A stretch of 64,000 nucleotides of DNA from an uncultured Planctomycetia bacterium (GCA_964570585.1 CAZMYR010000003.1:22749-86748); one strand, 5' to 3'; positions 10,239-21,106 are shown, numbered from the stretch's first letter. Program-made: numbers and translations. The notes: generated by a model not told the origin, from the sequence alone.

Positions 10239-10247
10239 TTTATAATC

Positions 10248-10652
10248 CTACCAAACGTGACAGAGAATTTCTCCACCAATCTTAATATCTCTACATTCTT
10301 TGTCTGTTCTAATGCCCTTTGATGTCGACACAATGGCGATGCCTATCCCTCCTAATACAGATTTGACCTGGTCTGATTTTTCATAAATCCTTAAGCCTGG
10401 CTTAGAAATCCTTTTAAGATTACTTATCACAGGAGTTTTCTGTTTATCTTTACCATATTTTAGATAAATTCTTAATATTCCCTGTTTGTTATCTTCTATT
10501 TTTTTGAAATTTCTAATATAACCTTCTCTTTTTAATATTTGGGCTATCTGTTCTTTAATATTTGACGAAGGACAATCTACATTTGCCTTTCTGGCTTTCA
10601 ATGCATTTCTTATTAATGTTAAGAAATTGGCTATCGGATCTGTCATGCTCAT
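10248..10652 (-). CDS. rpsH: 30S ribosomal protein S8 (start trimmed to MSMTDPIA)
   Basis: N-terminus matches S8 MSMQDPIAD; GGAG RBS upstream; track extension runs into palindromic element A1. Confidence 0.9.
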   Translation of the reverse strand: MSMTDPIANFLTLIRNALKARKANVDCPSSNIKEQIAQILKREGYIRNFKKIEDNKQGILRIYLKYGKDKQKTPVISNLKRISKPGLRIYEKSDQVKSVLGGIGIAIVSTSKGIRTDKECRDIKIGGEILCHVW

Positions 10653-10662
10653 TACTTTCTCC

Positions 10663-10750
10663 ATGTTGGTGCCATGCACTGCGGTGCCACCCTACGTGGC
10701 AAAACTGTATATTTAAAAGGTAGGGTGGCACCGCAGTGCATGGCACCATT
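10663..10750. repeat. palindromic element family A, copy 1: 28-bp perfect arms TGGTGCCATGCACTGCGGTGCCACCCTAC around a 24-nt loop
   Basis: read directly; fills the rpsN-rpsH spacer; second copy at 13147-13234 has the loop inverted. Confidence 0.85.
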
Positions 10751-10752
10751 TC

Positions 10753-10938
10753 TCACCAACTTGCCTTAGTAACGCCTGGTATTTCACCACTGGATGCTAA
10801 TTCCCTAAAACAAATTCTACACAATTTAAATTTCCTAATGTACCCTCTAGGCCTACCGCACCTTTGACAACGATTGTAAGCCCTCACTTTAAACTTAGGT
10901 TTCTTTCTTTGTTTTTCTATTAACGCTTTCTTAGCCAT
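10753..10938 (-). CDS. rpsN: 30S ribosomal protein S14 type Z (zinc-binding)
   Basis: 61 aa with CxxC...CxxC. Confidence 0.9.
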   Translation of the reverse strand: MAKKALIEKQRKKPKFKVRAYNRCQRCGRPRGYIRKFKLCRICFRELASSGEIPGVTKASW

Positions 10939-10944
10939 ATCTCT

Positions 10945-11490
10945 CTACTTTTCTTTAAGGGGCATACCCAGATATTTTAAAAGTTCATAAGCTACATCTT
11001 TGGTAGTCTTTGTTAAGTTTACAGTAATATCCATGCCCAGGGTTTTATAAACTTTATCCGGCTCAATCTCAGGAAATATTAGTTGTTCAGAAAGGCCAAA
11101 TGTATAATTGCCATGCCCGTCAAAACTATTAGCAGGCAATCCTTTAAAATCTCTAATTCTTGGTATTGCCACGTTGACAAGCCTGTCTAAAAATTCATAC
11201 ATTCTGGCTCTTCTTAAAGTAACCATACAGCCAACAGATGAACCCTTTCTGATCTTAAAATTAGAAATTGCTCTTTTGGCTTTAGTAACAACAGGCTTTT
11301 GCCCTGTAATTATTGCCAGGTCTTTCTGGGCCTCTTCAACTATTTTTGTATCGTGAGCTCCTGCCCCTATACCCATATTTACCACAATCTTTTTTATGCG
11401 AGGCACCTGAAAGCGATTCTTATAGCCGAATTTCTGCACTAAAGAAGGCACTGCCTCTCTTCTATATCTTTCTAATAACCTTGGGACCAT
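10945..11490 (-). CDS. rplE: 50S ribosomal protein L5
   Basis: 181 aa, conserved. Confidence 0.95.
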   Translation of the reverse strand: MVPRLLERYRREAVPSLVQKFGYKNRFQVPRIKKIVVNMGIGAGAHDTKIVEEAQKDLAIITGQKPVVTKAKRAISNFKIRKGSSVGCMVTLRRARMYEFLDRLVNVAIPRIRDFKGLPANSFDGHGNYTFGLSEQLIFPEIEPDKVYKTLGMDITVNLTKTTKDVAYELLKYLGMPLKEK

Positions 11491-11496
11491 AATTTA

Positions 11497-11805
11497 TCAC
11501 AATATCTCTTCACATTTTTTACAATAACGTGATTTTTTACCATCGCTTAAAACAGTAATCCCAATTCTTGTTGGTTTGTTGCACCTTGGGCAAATAACTT
11601 TTAAGTTAGAAATATTAATGGCGGCCTCTTTTCGGACTATACCACCTTGTTGAGCTTGTTGAGTTTTGCGAGTATGACGCTTGATAAAATTTATCCCTTC
11701 TACGATTACCCTGTTTTCTTTAGGAAAAACCCGTAAGACCTTGCCGGTTTTGCCCTTATCTTTACCCGCCACAACTCTTACTTGATCATTTCTTCTTATT
11801 CTCAT
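11497..11805 (-). CDS. rplX: 50S ribosomal protein L24
   Basis: KOW domain. Confidence 0.9.
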   Translation of the reverse strand: MRIRRNDQVRVVAGKDKGKTGKVLRVFPKENRVIVEGINFIKRHTRKTQQAQQGGIVRKEAAINISNLKVICPRCNKPTRIGITVLSDGKKSRYCKKCEEIL

Positions 11806-11810
11806 CCGGG

Positions 11811-12179
11811 TTATATAACCTCCGGTGCAAGCGATACTATCTTTGCAAAACGTTTCTCTCTTAGTTCTCGTGCAACAGGACCAAATATTCTACTGCCACG
11901 CGGATTACCCGCTTCATCTATAAGGACACAGGCGTTCCCATCAAATTTTAATGTCGAACCATCCTTCCTCCTTATGGCATTGCGGGTTCGAACTATTACC
12001 GCTTTAACCTTCTCACCCTTCTTTATTAAAGAATCAGGAGTTGCTTCTCTTACGCTACCGCTTACAACGTCTCCAATATCTGCATATTTTTTTTCAGAAC
12101 GATGGACAACGCCGATACAACGCACGACCCGCGCCCCGGTATTATCCGCAATCTCTAGCATGCTTCTAGGATATATCAT
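11811..12179 (-). CDS. rplN: 50S ribosomal protein L14
   Basis: 122 aa, highly conserved. Confidence 0.95.
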   Translation of the reverse strand: MIYPRSMLEIADNTGARVVRCIGVVHRSEKKYADIGDVVSGSVREATPDSLIKKGEKVKAVIVRTRNAIRRKDGSTLKFDGNACVLIDEAGNPRGSRIFGPVARELREKRFAKIVSLAPEVI

Positions 12180-12214
12180 TCTCTCTCTACAAACTACGAA
12201 CTACCAACTACAAA

Positions 12215-12472
12215 CTATTTGATTACCTCTATTATGCGATAGCGTTTCCCTTTTGATAAAGGCCTGGTTGGCAGTATTTTAACCTTATCTCCAATCTTGG
12301 CAACATTTTTAGGGTCATGGGCCTTAACCTTACGTCTATGCTTTATAATCTTTTTATACAGTTTATGAGTAGTGAAATTCTCCAACCTTACCACTGCTGC
12401 TTTATTCATCTTATCACTTACTACTATGCCGATTTGAGATTTAAGCTTTTTCCTTTTTATCTGTTTTTGCAT
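12215..12472 (-). CDS. rpsQ: 30S ribosomal protein S17
   Basis: GIVVSDKMNKAAVV motif; 5' end overlaps rpmC by 32 nt, so true start may lie downstream. Confidence 0.85.
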   Translation of the reverse strand: MQKQIKRKKLKSQIGIVVSDKMNKAAVVRLENFTTHKLYKKIIKHRRKVKAHDPKNVAKIGDKVKILPTRPLSKGKRYRIIEVIK

Positions 12473-12656
12473 AACTTGCCTCTTTTAAAATAGTTAAAAT
12501 CCTGGCTATATCTTTCCTTGTTTGAGAAATTCTAGATGGCTTCTCCAGCTTGCCCATTTTGGCATAAGTGCGCAAATTTATCAGTTCTTTCTTTAAGGAG
12601 AACTGTTTAGATGCAAGTTCTTCCATGGTCATATCTCTTAATTCGTCGGGCTTCAC
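12441..12656 (-). CDS. rpmC: 50S ribosomal protein L29 (GTG start)
   Basis: MKPDELRDMTMEELASKQFSLKKELINLR aligns with L29. Confidence 0.85.
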   Translation of the reverse strand: MKPDELRDMTMEELASKQFSLKKELINLRTYAKMGKLEKPSRISQTRKDIARILTILKEASYAKTDKKEKA

Positions 12657-12722
12657 GTTTTATCTTCCTTTGTTTCTTACAACTTAAAACTTACGACTTA
12701 CAACTAACCGAGCGTAGCGAGG

Positions 12723-13139
12723 TTATACGTGTTTTCTCCCAATGAGCTTTGTCTTAAAAGGTATTTTGCTTGCAGCAAGCCTAAGAGCGTCTTTAGCTAC
12801 CTCTCCGGGTACTCCTTCAACTTCAAAAAGAACTCTGCCCCTTCTTATTACAGCTACCCAAAACTCAGGCATCCCTTTACCTTTGCCCATTCTTGTTTCT
12901 GCTGGTTTCTTGCTAACCGATTTATCCGGAAAAACTCTTATCCAGACTTTCCCTCCTCCTCTTAAATGACGGGTAAGCACTACCCTGGCTGCTTCAATCT
13001 GGGTATTCTTAAGCCAGGCATTCCCTAAAGCCTGCAGTCCATATTCTCCAAAGCAGACCTTACTACCAGCAACAGCCAAGCCTTTTCTTCGTCCTCTTTG
13101 CGACTTGCGATATTTTACTCTTTTAGGCATCAATACCAT
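12723..13139 (-). CDS. rplP: 50S ribosomal protein L16
   Basis: [12 protein letters not shown] start, conserved. Confidence 0.95.
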   Translation of the reverse strand: MVLMPKRVKYRKSQRGRRKGLAVAGSKVCFGEYGLQALGNAWLKNTQIEAARVVLTRHLRGGGKVWIRVFPDKSVSKKPAETRMGKGKGMPEFWVAVIRRGRVLFEVEGVPGEVAKDALRLAASKIPFKTKLIGRKHV

Positions 13140-13146
13140 AATAAAC

Positions 13147-13234
13147 CCATGTTGGTGCCATGCACTGCGGTGCCACCCTACCTTTTAAATATACAGTTTT
13201 GCCACGTAGGGTGGCACCGCAGTGCATGGCACCA
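13147..13234. repeat. palindromic element family A, copy 2 (same arms as copy 1, loop reverse-complemented); occupies the whole rpsC-rplP spacer and abuts the rpsC stop codon
   Basis: read directly; arms identical to 10667-10748. Confidence 0.85.
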
Positions 13235-13930
13235 TTACTTACGTTTTGGTTTTACGGCTTGCGTCTTAAGCTTTTCGCTATCTTTATTTTCATCCCTTTT
13301 ACCAGGGAGTATCTCGCCTCTGCATACCCATACTTTAACACCAATTAGACCATAAGCGGTATGTGCTTCACAAAAGCCGTATTCTATATCTGCTCTAAAT
13401 GTCTGTAATGGGACCTTCCCTTCCTTGTAAACCTCTGAGCGGGAGAGCTCAAGGCCGCCAAGTCTCCCAGAACATCTTATTTTTACCCCCTCTGCGCCGT
13501 GATTCATAGTCATCTGCACCGCTTTTTTCATGACCCTCCGAAAAGCTACCCTTTTCTCTATTTGAAAAGCGACGTTTTCAGCAATTAGCTGAGCATTTAC
13601 CTGTGGGTCTTTAACCTCTTTGATATCTATAAAAACATCCTTATTTGTTACGTTGGTCAAATCATCTCTTAATCTATCTATATCTGCTCCCTTCCTACCG
13701 ATTATGATTCCCGGCCTGGCAGTATGAATGATAGCCCGTATTCTGTTGCTGGCTCTTTCAATCTCTATATTTGATATCGCAGCAGAAAAATATTGCTTTT
13801 TAATATAATCTTTTATTTTAAGATCTTCGTGAAGAAACTCAGCAAAATTCTTTGATTTCGAAAACCATCTGGATTTCCATGGCTTTATATATCCGACTCT
13901 TAAACCATATGGATGAGTTTTTCGTCCCAA
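13235..13930 (-). CDS. rpsC: 30S ribosomal protein S3
   Basis: KH domain, 231 aa with K-rich tail. Confidence 0.95.
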   Translation of the reverse strand: MGRKTHPYGLRVGYIKPWKSRWFSKSKNFAEFLHEDLKIKDYIKKQYFSAAISNIEIERASNRIRAIIHTARPGIIIGRKGADIDRLRDDLTNVTNKDVFIDIKEVKDPQVNAQLIAENVAFQIEKRVAFRRVMKKAVQMTMNHGAEGVKIRCSGRLGGLELSRSEVYKEGKVPLQTFRADIEYGFCEAHTAYGLIGVKVWVCRGEILPGKRDENKDSEKLKTQAVKPKRK

Positions 13931-13931
13931 T

Positions 13932-14366
13932 TTATTTTTTTCCTCCAGTCTTTACAGCTTTTTTTTCTTTTTTACCCTGTAACTTTTCAACTTTTTTAAC
14001 TTTTGGAACTTTTTTAACTGTTTTAGATACCGGCGTTAAGGTATCCAATTCAACAGTCAAATGACAGGACCTTTTTCTAATCATGGCTGCCATACCCATA
14101 GCTCGGGCTTTATATCTCTTTAGCATAGGTCCGCCGTCCGCAAATATCCTGCAAATATATAAATCATTTTCATCAACGTTAGGCAGCCTTTTCGCGTTAG
14201 CTACTGCAGAGTAGACAGCTTTATAAATATAAGATGCTGCTTTCTTATTCGTATTTTCCAATATGGAGAGGGCTACAGGCACAGTCTTGTTCCTAATTAA
14301 AGGCAGAAGGAGCCTTAGTTTCTTCGGAGAAATCCTCAAATATTTTATTTTTGCTTTCGCTATCAT
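13932..14366 (-). CDS. rplV: 50S ribosomal protein L22 with K-rich C-terminal extension
   Basis: conserved core plus about 30 aa tail. Confidence 0.9.
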   Translation of the reverse strand: MIAKAKIKYLRISPKKLRLLLPLIRNKTVPVALSILENTNKKAASYIYKAVYSAVANAKRLPNVDENDLYICRIFADGGPMLKRYKARAMGMAAMIRKRSCHLTVELDTLTPVSKTVKKVPKVKKVEKLQGKKEKKAVKTGGKK

Positions 14367-14459
14367 ATTAGGATTGCTTCGGTTGCCTTCGGCAACCTCG
14401 CAATAAATTCGGACTTATCACTTACGTCGTCCTACGGACTCCGTAAGTGATGTCCTCAT

Positions 14460-14747
14460 TTACTTCAGTGCTACCGGTTCCTTTATATGCGCAGCGCCAT
14501 GGGACCTAAAAGTCCTGGTTGGGGCAAACTCTCCCAATTTATGACCAACCATATTCTCAGTTACAAATACTGAAATAAACCTATTGCCGTTGTGTATAGA
14601 AAATGTAAGGCCAACAAATTCCGGAATAATAGTAGAGCGCCTTGACCAGGTCTTAATAGGTTTCTTCTCGCCTTTTCTGGCCATCTTTTCTATCTTTTCT
14701 AACAGCCTCGGATCTACGTATGGACCTTTTTTAATTGATCTGCTCAT
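14460..14747 (-). CDS. rpsS: 30S ribosomal protein S19
   Basis: 95 aa, conserved. Confidence 0.95.
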   Translation of the reverse strand: MSRSIKKGPYVDPRLLEKIEKMARKGEKKPIKTWSRRSTIIPEFVGLTFSIHNGNRFISVFVTENMVGHKLGEFAPTRTFRSHGAAHIKEPVALK

Positions 14748-14754
14748 TTATTTT

Positions 14755-15603
14755 TTATCCTTTTTTCTTTTTCTTCCTCTTAGGTCTTCTTTTTAATATA
14801 TATTTATCAGAAAGTTTTTTCTTCTTTCTTGTCTTCAACCCCTTGGTAATTTTACCCCATGGGGTAGATGGATGCCTGCCGCCTGAAGATTTTCCTTCAC
14901 CCCCGCCAAGTGGATGATCGACAGGATTCATAGCAACACCTCTAGTCCCAGGTCGTATGCCCAACCATCTGCTTCTGCCGGCTTTTCCAATAGATTCTCC
15001 CTTATGTTCAACATTGCTCACCTGTCCTATTGTGGCATAGCAATCTAAATCTACTAATCTTACTTCTCCGGATGGCATTTTAACGTGAGCCCATCTTTCT
15101 TCTTTTGCTAGAATCTGTGCAGAGGAACCAGCGCTGCGAACCGCCAGGGCTCCTTTACCTTTGTATAATTCCAGATTATGAATCAAGGTACCAGATGGGA
15201 TGTGCCTAAGCTGCATACAGTTACCTGCTTTTACATCTGTTTTCTCAGATGTTAAAATCTCATCTCCGACTTTAAGACCCTGGGGGCATAGAATATACCT
15301 TTTTTCACCATCCTCATACTCAACCAATGCTATACGCGCAGTGCGATTAGGGTCATATTCTATCGAAATAACTTTTGCTTTTATATCTCTTCTATCTCTC
15401 TTAAAATCAACGATGCGAATTCTCCTTTTGTGTCCGCCTCCTCTGTGCCTGACCGTAATCCGCCCCTGCACATTTCTTCCCCCGCTCTTTTTTAGAGGTA
15501 GGGTAAGGGGTTTATATGGTTTAGTGGCAGTAATATCCTCAAAGGAAGAGATTCGTGTCCATCGTTTGCCAGGTGTTATAGGTTTATATTTCTTTATAGC
15601 CAT
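14755..15603 (-). CDS. rplB: 50S ribosomal protein L2
   Basis: 282 aa, conserved, K-rich tail. Confidence 0.95.
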   Translation of the reverse strand: MAIKKYKPITPGKRWTRISSFEDITATKPYKPLTLPLKKSGGRNVQGRITVRHRGGGHKRRIRIVDFKRDRRDIKAKVISIEYDPNRTARIALVEYEDGEKRYILCPQGLKVGDEILTSEKTDVKAGNCMQLRHIPSGTLIHNLELYKGKGALAVRSAGSSAQILAKEERWAHVKMPSGEVRLVDLDCYATIGQVSNVEHKGESIGKAGRSRWLGIRPGTRGVAMNPVDHPLGGGEGKSSGGRHPSTPWGKITKGLKTRKKKKLSDKYILKRRPKRKKKKKG

Positions 15604-15604
15604 T

Positions 15605-15895
15605 TTACGTGCTCACCACCTCTATAACGTCGCCTTCTTTTAGTGTGACCATGGCTTTCTTCCAACCGGATGTATGTCCCAATTTATATCTGACTCTACG
15701 AGGTTTCCCTTTCACATTCATGACATTAACAGATACAACTTTTACTTTATGTATATCTTCAACTGCTTTCTTTATCTGTATTTTATTTGCTAATTTATCG
15801 ACGAGGAAAAGATACTTATTCTGCCGCATTAATCTTGTGCCTTTTTCAGTCCTTAATAGGGACTTTATAATATCATAAGATGTCTTTGTCTTCAT
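15605..15895 (-). CDS. rplW: 50S ribosomal protein L23
   Basis: 96 aa, conserved. Confidence 0.9.
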   Translation of the reverse strand: MKTKTSYDIIKSLLRTEKGTRLMRQNKYLFLVDKLANKIQIKKAVEDIHKVKVVSVNVMNVKGKPRRVRYKLGHTSGWKKAMVTLKEGDVIEVVST

Positions 15896-15967
15896 CCCGC
15901 ACCTTTTATTTATTCATCCCGGACCTTTTTAATATTACTTTTGAATATTTTAAAGGTGCGGGATTCA
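15893..15967. repeat. palindromic element family D, copy 1 (ATCCCGCACCTTT arms); its arms contain the rplD stop codon and the rplW start codon
   Basis: read directly; second copy at 57671-57748. Confidence 0.8.
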
Positions 15968-16600
15968 TTGCGTCAATCTCTTTTCTAAATTTGTGAAAGC
16001 TGATCTTTCAATAAGAATCTTCTCTGCCAGGATTACTCTATATGCATTGACATCACAACCTCTTAGCACAGCTACTTTCTTTAGGTTGTTTGATGCTTTT
16101 TTCAATTTTTCATTCACCGAATCTACTACAAGTAATAATCTTTCTTTATCAAAATCAAGCTTTAATTTTTTTAATATATCGGTAAAACCTTTAGTCTTAT
16201 GAGAAGCCAATTCTATCTTGTCCAGGATTATAATTTTGTTTTCATTTATTTTATCGTTAAGAGCCGATCGTAATGCCTGTTTAAGTGCCTTTGCGGGTAA
16301 TCTGTAATAATAATCTTTTGGTTTTGGCCCAAAAGTAATACCTCCGCCTCTCCACAAAGGAGATCTTATGCTACCGGCCCTTGCCCTACCTGTACCTTTT
16401 TGTCTCCAAGGTTTTCTGCCTCCGCCCCTGACTTCTGCCCTCGCTTTTGTGTTAGCAGAACCTGCTCGCACATTTGTTTGATACATCAATGCCGTTTCAT
16501 GGACTAATGGCTGATTCACAGAACCATCGAATAGTTTCTGATTTAATTTTATATTTCCTATTCTTTTGCCTTCCTGATTTATTATGTCTAATGTTTTCAT
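15965..16600 (-). CDS. rplD: 50S ribosomal protein L4
   Basis: 211 aa, conserved. Confidence 0.9.
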   Translation of the reverse strand: MKTLDIINQEGKRIGNIKLNQKLFDGSVNQPLVHETALMYQTNVRAGSANTKARAEVRGGGRKPWRQKGTGRARAGSIRSPLWRGGGITFGPKPKDYYYRLPAKALKQALRSALNDKINENKIIILDKIELASHKTKGFTDILKKLKLDFDKERLLLVVDSVNEKLKKASNNLKKVAVLRGCDVNAYRVILAEKILIERSAFTNLEKRLTQ

Positions 16601-16618
16601 GTGTCACCGAACACCGAA

Positions 16619-17308
16619 CTAAGCTTTAGCCGCCTTTTTAACCTCCTTGGTTTCTTCAGGTTTCTTCGCTGGGAGTTTCTTACCTTTTACGGCCTTTCTT
16701 ACCACCAAATAATTTCCAGCAGAACCAGGCACAGCTCCTTTAACAACCATTAAATTGCTGTCCTTATTTATCTCCATAACTTCTAAATTTTGAACTGTCA
16801 CCCAATCATTACCCATATGACCCGGCATATGTTGGCCTTTTAAAACTCTCGAAGGATAAGCGCTGGCCCCTATCGAACCGGGCCTTCTATGTGTCATAGA
16901 GCCGTGTGAGGCACCTCCGCCATGCCAGTGCCATCTTTTCATGCCACCCTGAAATCCCTTGCCTATTGAAATCCCTGATATATCTACAAAGTCCCCTTGC
17001 TTGAAAGTATCTAGGAAAAACTGCTGACCTGGTTTAATCTCTTCCGCATTATCTATAGCTACTTCTTTTATAAATCTTAAAGGTTCAGTTTTGGCTTTCT
17101 TAAAATGTCCTAATTCTGGTCTTTTTGTAATTTTTTTAGATTTTTTATCAAAACCTAATTGCACTGCTGAATAGCCATCTTTATCTTCGGTTTTTATTTG
17201 CAGCGCTATGCAAGGACCAACTTCTATTAAAGTTGTAGCAATTGCATCGCCTGCTGATGTAAAATACTGGCTCATTCCTATCTTTTTTCCTAATAATCCC
17301 TTTGGCAT
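16619..17308 (-). CDS. rplC: 50S ribosomal protein L3
   Basis: 229 aa, conserved, K-rich tail. Confidence 0.95.
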   Translation of the reverse strand: MPKGLLGKKIGMSQYFTSAGDAIATTLIEVGPCIALQIKTEDKDGYSAVQLGFDKKSKKITKRPELGHFKKAKTEPLRFIKEVAIDNAEEIKPGQQFFLDTFKQGDFVDISGISIGKGFQGGMKRWHWHGGGASHGSMTHRRPGSIGASAYPSRVLKGQHMPGHMGNDWVTVQNLEVMEINKDSNLMVVKGAVPGSAGNYLVVRKAVKGKKLPAKKPEETKEVKKAAKA

Positions 17309-17332
17309 GTTTCCTCGATTTAGCTGGTTTCG

Positions 17333-17398
17333 TATCTAGTATCTAGTATCTAGTATCTAGTATCTAGTATCTAGTATTTCCGAGATACGATTCACGAG
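17333..17398. repeat. (TATCTAG)x6 tandem array followed by (GAGATACGA)x2, forming complementary arrays; rplC-rpsJ spacer
   Basis: read directly. Confidence 0.85.
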
Positions 17399-17423
17399 AT
17401 ACGAACAACGAAGCGCTTATCTC

Positions 17424-17726
17424 CTAGCGTATATCCACATCCACGCCTGCTGGCAAATCCAATCTCTTCAGAGCATCTATTGTCTTTGCAGTCGGTTCAA
17501 TAATGCTTAATAACCTTTTATGAACTTTTATCTGAAACTGCTCTCTAGATCTTTTGTCAATATGGGGAGACCTTAAAACAGTATAATCTTCCCGTTTAGT
17601 AGGCAATGGTATAGGGCCAGAAACCTTAGCCCCTGTCTTCTTGGCAGTTTCCACAATCTCTGCTGCAGATTGATCAAGAATCCTATGGTCATATGCTCTT
17701 AATCTAATCTGTATCTGCTGCTGCAT
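17424..17726 (-). CDS. rpsJ: 30S ribosomal protein S10
   Basis: 100 aa, conserved. Confidence 0.95.
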   Translation of the reverse strand: MQQQIQIRLRAYDHRILDQSAAEIVETAKKTGAKVSGPIPLPTKREDYTVLRSPHIDKRSREQFQIKVHKRLLSIIEPTAKTIDALKRLDLPAGVDVDIR

Positions 17727-17735
17727 TTTACCTCT

Positions 17736-18935
17736 CTACTCTATTATCTCCGTAACAACTCCTGCACCTACCGTCCTGCCGCCTTCTCTTATAGCAAACC
17801 TTAATTCTTTTTCCATGGCGATAGGCGTTATAAGAGATCCTTCTAAGGTTACGTTGTCACCCGGCATTACCATCTCAGTGCCTTCCGGAAGTTTTATTGT
17901 CCCGGTAACATCGGTGGTTCTAAAATAGAATTGGGGACGATAGCCGTTGAAGAAGGGGGTATGCCTTCCGCCTTCTTCTTTGCTTAACACATAAACCTTT
18001 GCTTTAAATTTAGTATGCGGGGTTATGGAACCTGGCTTGGCTAAGACCATACCTCTTTCTAGGTCTTTCTTTTCTACGCCACGAAGAAGTATTCCTACGT
18101 TGTCTCCGGCTTGACCTTCATCCAAGAGCTTCCTAAACATCTCAACCCCTGTGACTACACTCTTTTTGGGGGCAGGACGCATACCTACTATCTCTATATC
18201 TTCGTTTATCTTGACTTTTCCTCTTTCTATTCTACCTGTTGCTACTGTGCCTCTTCCGGTTATGGAGAAGACATCTTCTATAGCCAAAAGGAAGGGCTTA
18301 TCAATGTCTCTTTTTGGAGTAGGGATGTATTCATCCACTGCCTTTAAAAGCTCCATGATTGGCTTGGTGGCTTCATTACCAGGGTCTCCCTCTGCTTCCA
18401 TGGCTTTTAAAGCACTTCCTCTTATAATGGGGATTTTGTCTCCCGGAAATTCATATTTTGAAAGAAGTTCCCGGACCTCAAGCTCTACTAAATCTAGGAG
18501 CTCAGGGTCATCAACCATATCTACCTTGTTTAAGAATACAACTATATATGGGACGTTTACCTGGCGGGCTAAGAGGATATGCTCTCTGGTCTGAGGCATA
18601 GGTCCATCAGCTGCTGATACCACCAAAATGGCGCCGTCAGCTTGAGCTGCTCCGGTAATCATGTTCTTAATGTAATCGGCATGCCCAGGGCAGTCTATGT
18701 GGGCATAATGGCGGTTTTCGGTTTCATATTCAACGTGGGCAATGGCTATTGTTATTCCTCTTTCTTTTTCCTCTGGGGCATTGTCTATTGAGTCAAAAGT
18801 CCTGACATCAGCCATACCTTTTTTATTTAAGACCATAGTTATAGCCGACGTAAGACAGGTCTTGCCATGGTCTACGTGGCCTATGGTACCGATGTTTACG
18901 TGTGGTTTACTCCTTACATATTTTTCCTTTGCCAT
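17736..18935 (-). CDS. tuf: elongation factor Tu, copy 1 (start trimmed to MAKEK; track used an upstream TTG)
   Basis: GHVDHGKT motif; identical to copy 2 except the last codons. Confidence 0.95.
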   Translation of the reverse strand: MAKEKYVRSKPHVNIGTIGHVDHGKTCLTSAITMVLNKKGMADVRTFDSIDNAPEEKERGITIAIAHVEYETENRHYAHIDCPGHADYIKNMITGAAQADGAILVVSAADGPMPQTREHILLARQVNVPYIVVFLNKVDMVDDPELLDLVELEVRELLSKYEFPGDKIPIIRGSALKAMEAEGDPGNEATKPIMELLKAVDEYIPTPKRDIDKPFLLAIEDVFSITGRGTVATGRIERGKVKINEDIEIVGMRPAPKKSVVTGVEMFRKLLDEGQAGDNVGILLRGVEKKDLERGMVLAKPGSITPHTKFKAKVYVLSKEEGGRHTPFFNGYRPQFYFRTTDVTGTIKLPEGTEMVMPGDNVTLEGSLITPIAMEKELRFAIREGGRTVGAGVVTEIIE

Positions 18936-18966
18936 TTTCTCCTCCTCTGTAGCGTGAGTTTTGCCC

Positions 18967-18987
18967 CTTTGCTTTCCCAAACGGTGC
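18967..18987 (-). promoter_or_regulatory. family C leader motif (sense GCACCGTTTGGGAAAGCAAAG) in the fusA-tuf spacer
   Basis: same 21-mer found at 34812-34832, 37408-37428 and 37462-37482; partial versions at 29951-29976 and 31739-31770. Confidence 0.5.
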
Positions 18988-18992
18988 TTTCT

Positions 18993-21053
18993 CTAGAATA
19001 TCTTCTCCATCACGTGTTTGGGAACCTGTTCATAATAAGCAGGTTCCATGGTATAAGTCGCTCTACCCTTGGTAAGATTTCTTAATGCTGTTGCATAGCC
19101 GAACATCTCTGCCAATGGCGCATCCCCTTTTATAACTTTGATATTCCCGCGTTGTTTAATAGATTCAATCCTGCCTCTTCTGGAGTTAAAATCTCCTATA
19201 ACATCTCCCAAATATTCTTCAGGAAGAGCTATCTCTAATTTCATAAATGGTTCTAATAATACAGAATTTCCTTTTCCTAAAGCATCCGAAAGGCCTATTG
19301 AAGCTGCGGTCCTAAACGCTAATTCAGAAGAATCGACTTCGTGAAATGAGCCATCAATCAATCTTACGGATATATCCGTGACAGGATAACCTGCAACAAC
19401 TCCGCTCCTGGATGCTTGCATAATACCTTCTTTTACTGCCGGTATAAATTCTTTCGGTATAACCCCTCCTTTTATTCTACTGGCAAAAGTAACACCTGAA
19501 CCTTTTTCTGCCGGCTCTGCATCAAGTACCACATGAGCGTATTGACCTCTTCCTCCGGTCTGTTGAATAAATTTCGCAGTTGCGCTGGCATGTTTAGTTA
19601 ATGTCTCTTTATAAGCAACCTGGGGCCTGCCTACATTTGCAACCACATTAAACTCTCTAAGCATCCTATCTACTACAACCTCGAGATGTAATTCTCCCAT
19701 ACCCGATATGATCGTCTGCCCTGTATTTTCATCATGTCTTACTTTAAATGAAGGGTCCTCGTCTTGAAATTTCTTTAATGCCAGGGCCAATTTTTCCCGG
19801 TCAGTATTAGACTTTGGCTCTATGGCTAAAAATATGACCGGCTCAGGAAATTGCATACTCTCTAATATAATGGGATGCCTTTCATTGCATATAGTATCGC
19901 CGGTCTTTGTCTCGCGCAGACCAACTGCCGCCGCTATATCGCCGGCATAAACTTCGGGAATTATCCGCTGTTTATCAGCGTGCATTTTTACAATTTTGCC
20001 TACTCTTTCCTTGATTTCTTTCGATGAATTATATATATAACTGCCGGACTTTAATCTGCCGGAATAAACTCTAAAAAATGTCAATTTACCAACAAAAGGA
20101 TCGCTCATTATCTTAAAAATGAGTGCTGAGAATGGCTCATTATTGTCTGGTTTTCTCGAAATCTCTTTGTTTGTTCTTGGTTCAAACCCTTTAATAGGCG
20201 GCACTTCTAAAGGGCTGGGCAGAAAATCACAGATAGCATCAAGTAATGGCTGCACCCCTTTATTTCTTAATGCCGCTCCACAGGTAATTGGAATAAACTT
20301 CGCTTTAATGGTTGATTTACGTATCGCGGCTCTTAATTCATCCGGTGTTATCTCTTCATCATGGATGAACTTTGCCATAATTTCATCGTCTGTATCAGCC
20401 ACTGATTCTATTAGTCTGTGTCTATATTCTTCTACTTTAGATTCCAGCCCATCCGGAATTTTGCCTGATTTATAATTCAGGCCTTCCTCATCTTCATATA
20501 CTATTGCATTCATATTTATAAGGTCTATTATTCCGTTAAAATTTGATTCAACTCCTAAGGGTAATTGAATAGCGGCTGCATTCGCACCTAATCTTTCCCT
20601 TATCTGTTTTACGACCCTAAAGAAATCACTGCCTATTCTGTCCATTTTGTTTATGAAACATATCCTGGGAATTCTATAATAGTCTGCCTGCCGCCAGACT
20701 GTCTCACTTTGTGATTCAACCCCACCTACTCCACAAAATATAACTACCCCTGCGTCCAATACTCGTAGGGAGCGCTCTACCTCAACCGTAAAGTCTACAT
20801 GACCGGGAGTATCCAGTATATTTATGGTGTAATCTTTCCATATACAGGTGGTGCTAGCAGATGTAATGGTTATGCCCCTTTCCTGCTCTTGAGCCATCCA
20901 GTCCATAGTTGCAGTACCTTCGTCTACCTCGCCTAACTTATACACCCTGCCCGTATAATACAGCATTCTTTCAGTAGTGGTAGTTTTACCGGCATCAATG
21001 TGAGCAATGATACCAATGTTTCTTAGTTTTTCTAAATTAGATCTTTTTCTCAT
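18993..21053 (-). CDS. fusA: elongation factor G
   Basis: 686 aa, [12 protein letters not shown] motif. Confidence 0.95.
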   Translation of the reverse strand: MRKRSNLEKLRNIGIIAHIDAGKTTTTERMLYYTGRVYKLGEVDEGTATMDWMAQEQERGITITSASTTCIWKDYTINILDTPGHVDFTVEVERSLRVLDAGVVIFCGVGGVESQSETVWRQADYYRIPRICFINKMDRIGSDFFRVVKQIRERLGANAAAIQLPLGVESNFNGIIDLINMNAIVYEDEEGLNYKSGKIPDGLESKVEEYRHRLIESVADTDDEIMAKFIHDEEITPDELRAAIRKSTIKAKFIPITCGAALRNKGVQPLLDAICDFLPSPLEVPPIKGFEPRTNKEISRKPDNNEPFSALIFKIMSDPFVGKLTFFRVYSGRLKSGSYIYNSSKEIKERVGKIVKMHADKQRIIPEVYAGDIAAAVGLRETKTGDTICNERHPIILESMQFPEPVIFLAIEPKSNTDREKLALALKKFQDEDPSFKVRHDENTGQTIISGMGELHLEVVVDRMLREFNVVANVGRPQVAYKETLTKHASATAKFIQQTGGRGQYAHVVLDAEPAEKGSGVTFASRIKGGVIPKEFIPAVKEGIMQASRSGVVAGYPVTDISVRLIDGSFHEVDSSELAFRTAASIGLSDALGKGNSVLLEPFMKLEIALPEEYLGDVIGDFNSRRGRIESIKQRGNIKVIKGDAPLAEMFGYATALRNLTKGRATYTMEPAYYEQVPKHVMEKIF

Positions 21054-21106
21054 ATGTAATTAACTTTTTTAACTTTTTAAACTTTTAGAACCTTTTAAAC
21101 TGTTTT

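Noticed and set aside
10555-10749. ORF-track ORFs 10555-10749 (-) and 13098-13355 (+) sharing [27 protein letters not shown]
   Set aside because: Both are translations of the family A palindromic element through genuine gene starts or stops; not protein-coding.
18936-18980. Track N-terminal extensions of tuf ([15 protein letters not shown]), tgt ([13 protein letters not shown]...), rpsD (MSYNPINPTNPINASKTRRI), ruvC (MRITTYDVRRTTKNARRTTKD) and rpsH (MHGTNMEKV)
   Set aside because: They use alternative start codons and translate leader motifs or tandem repeats; conserved protein N-termini and RBS positions indicate downstream starts.
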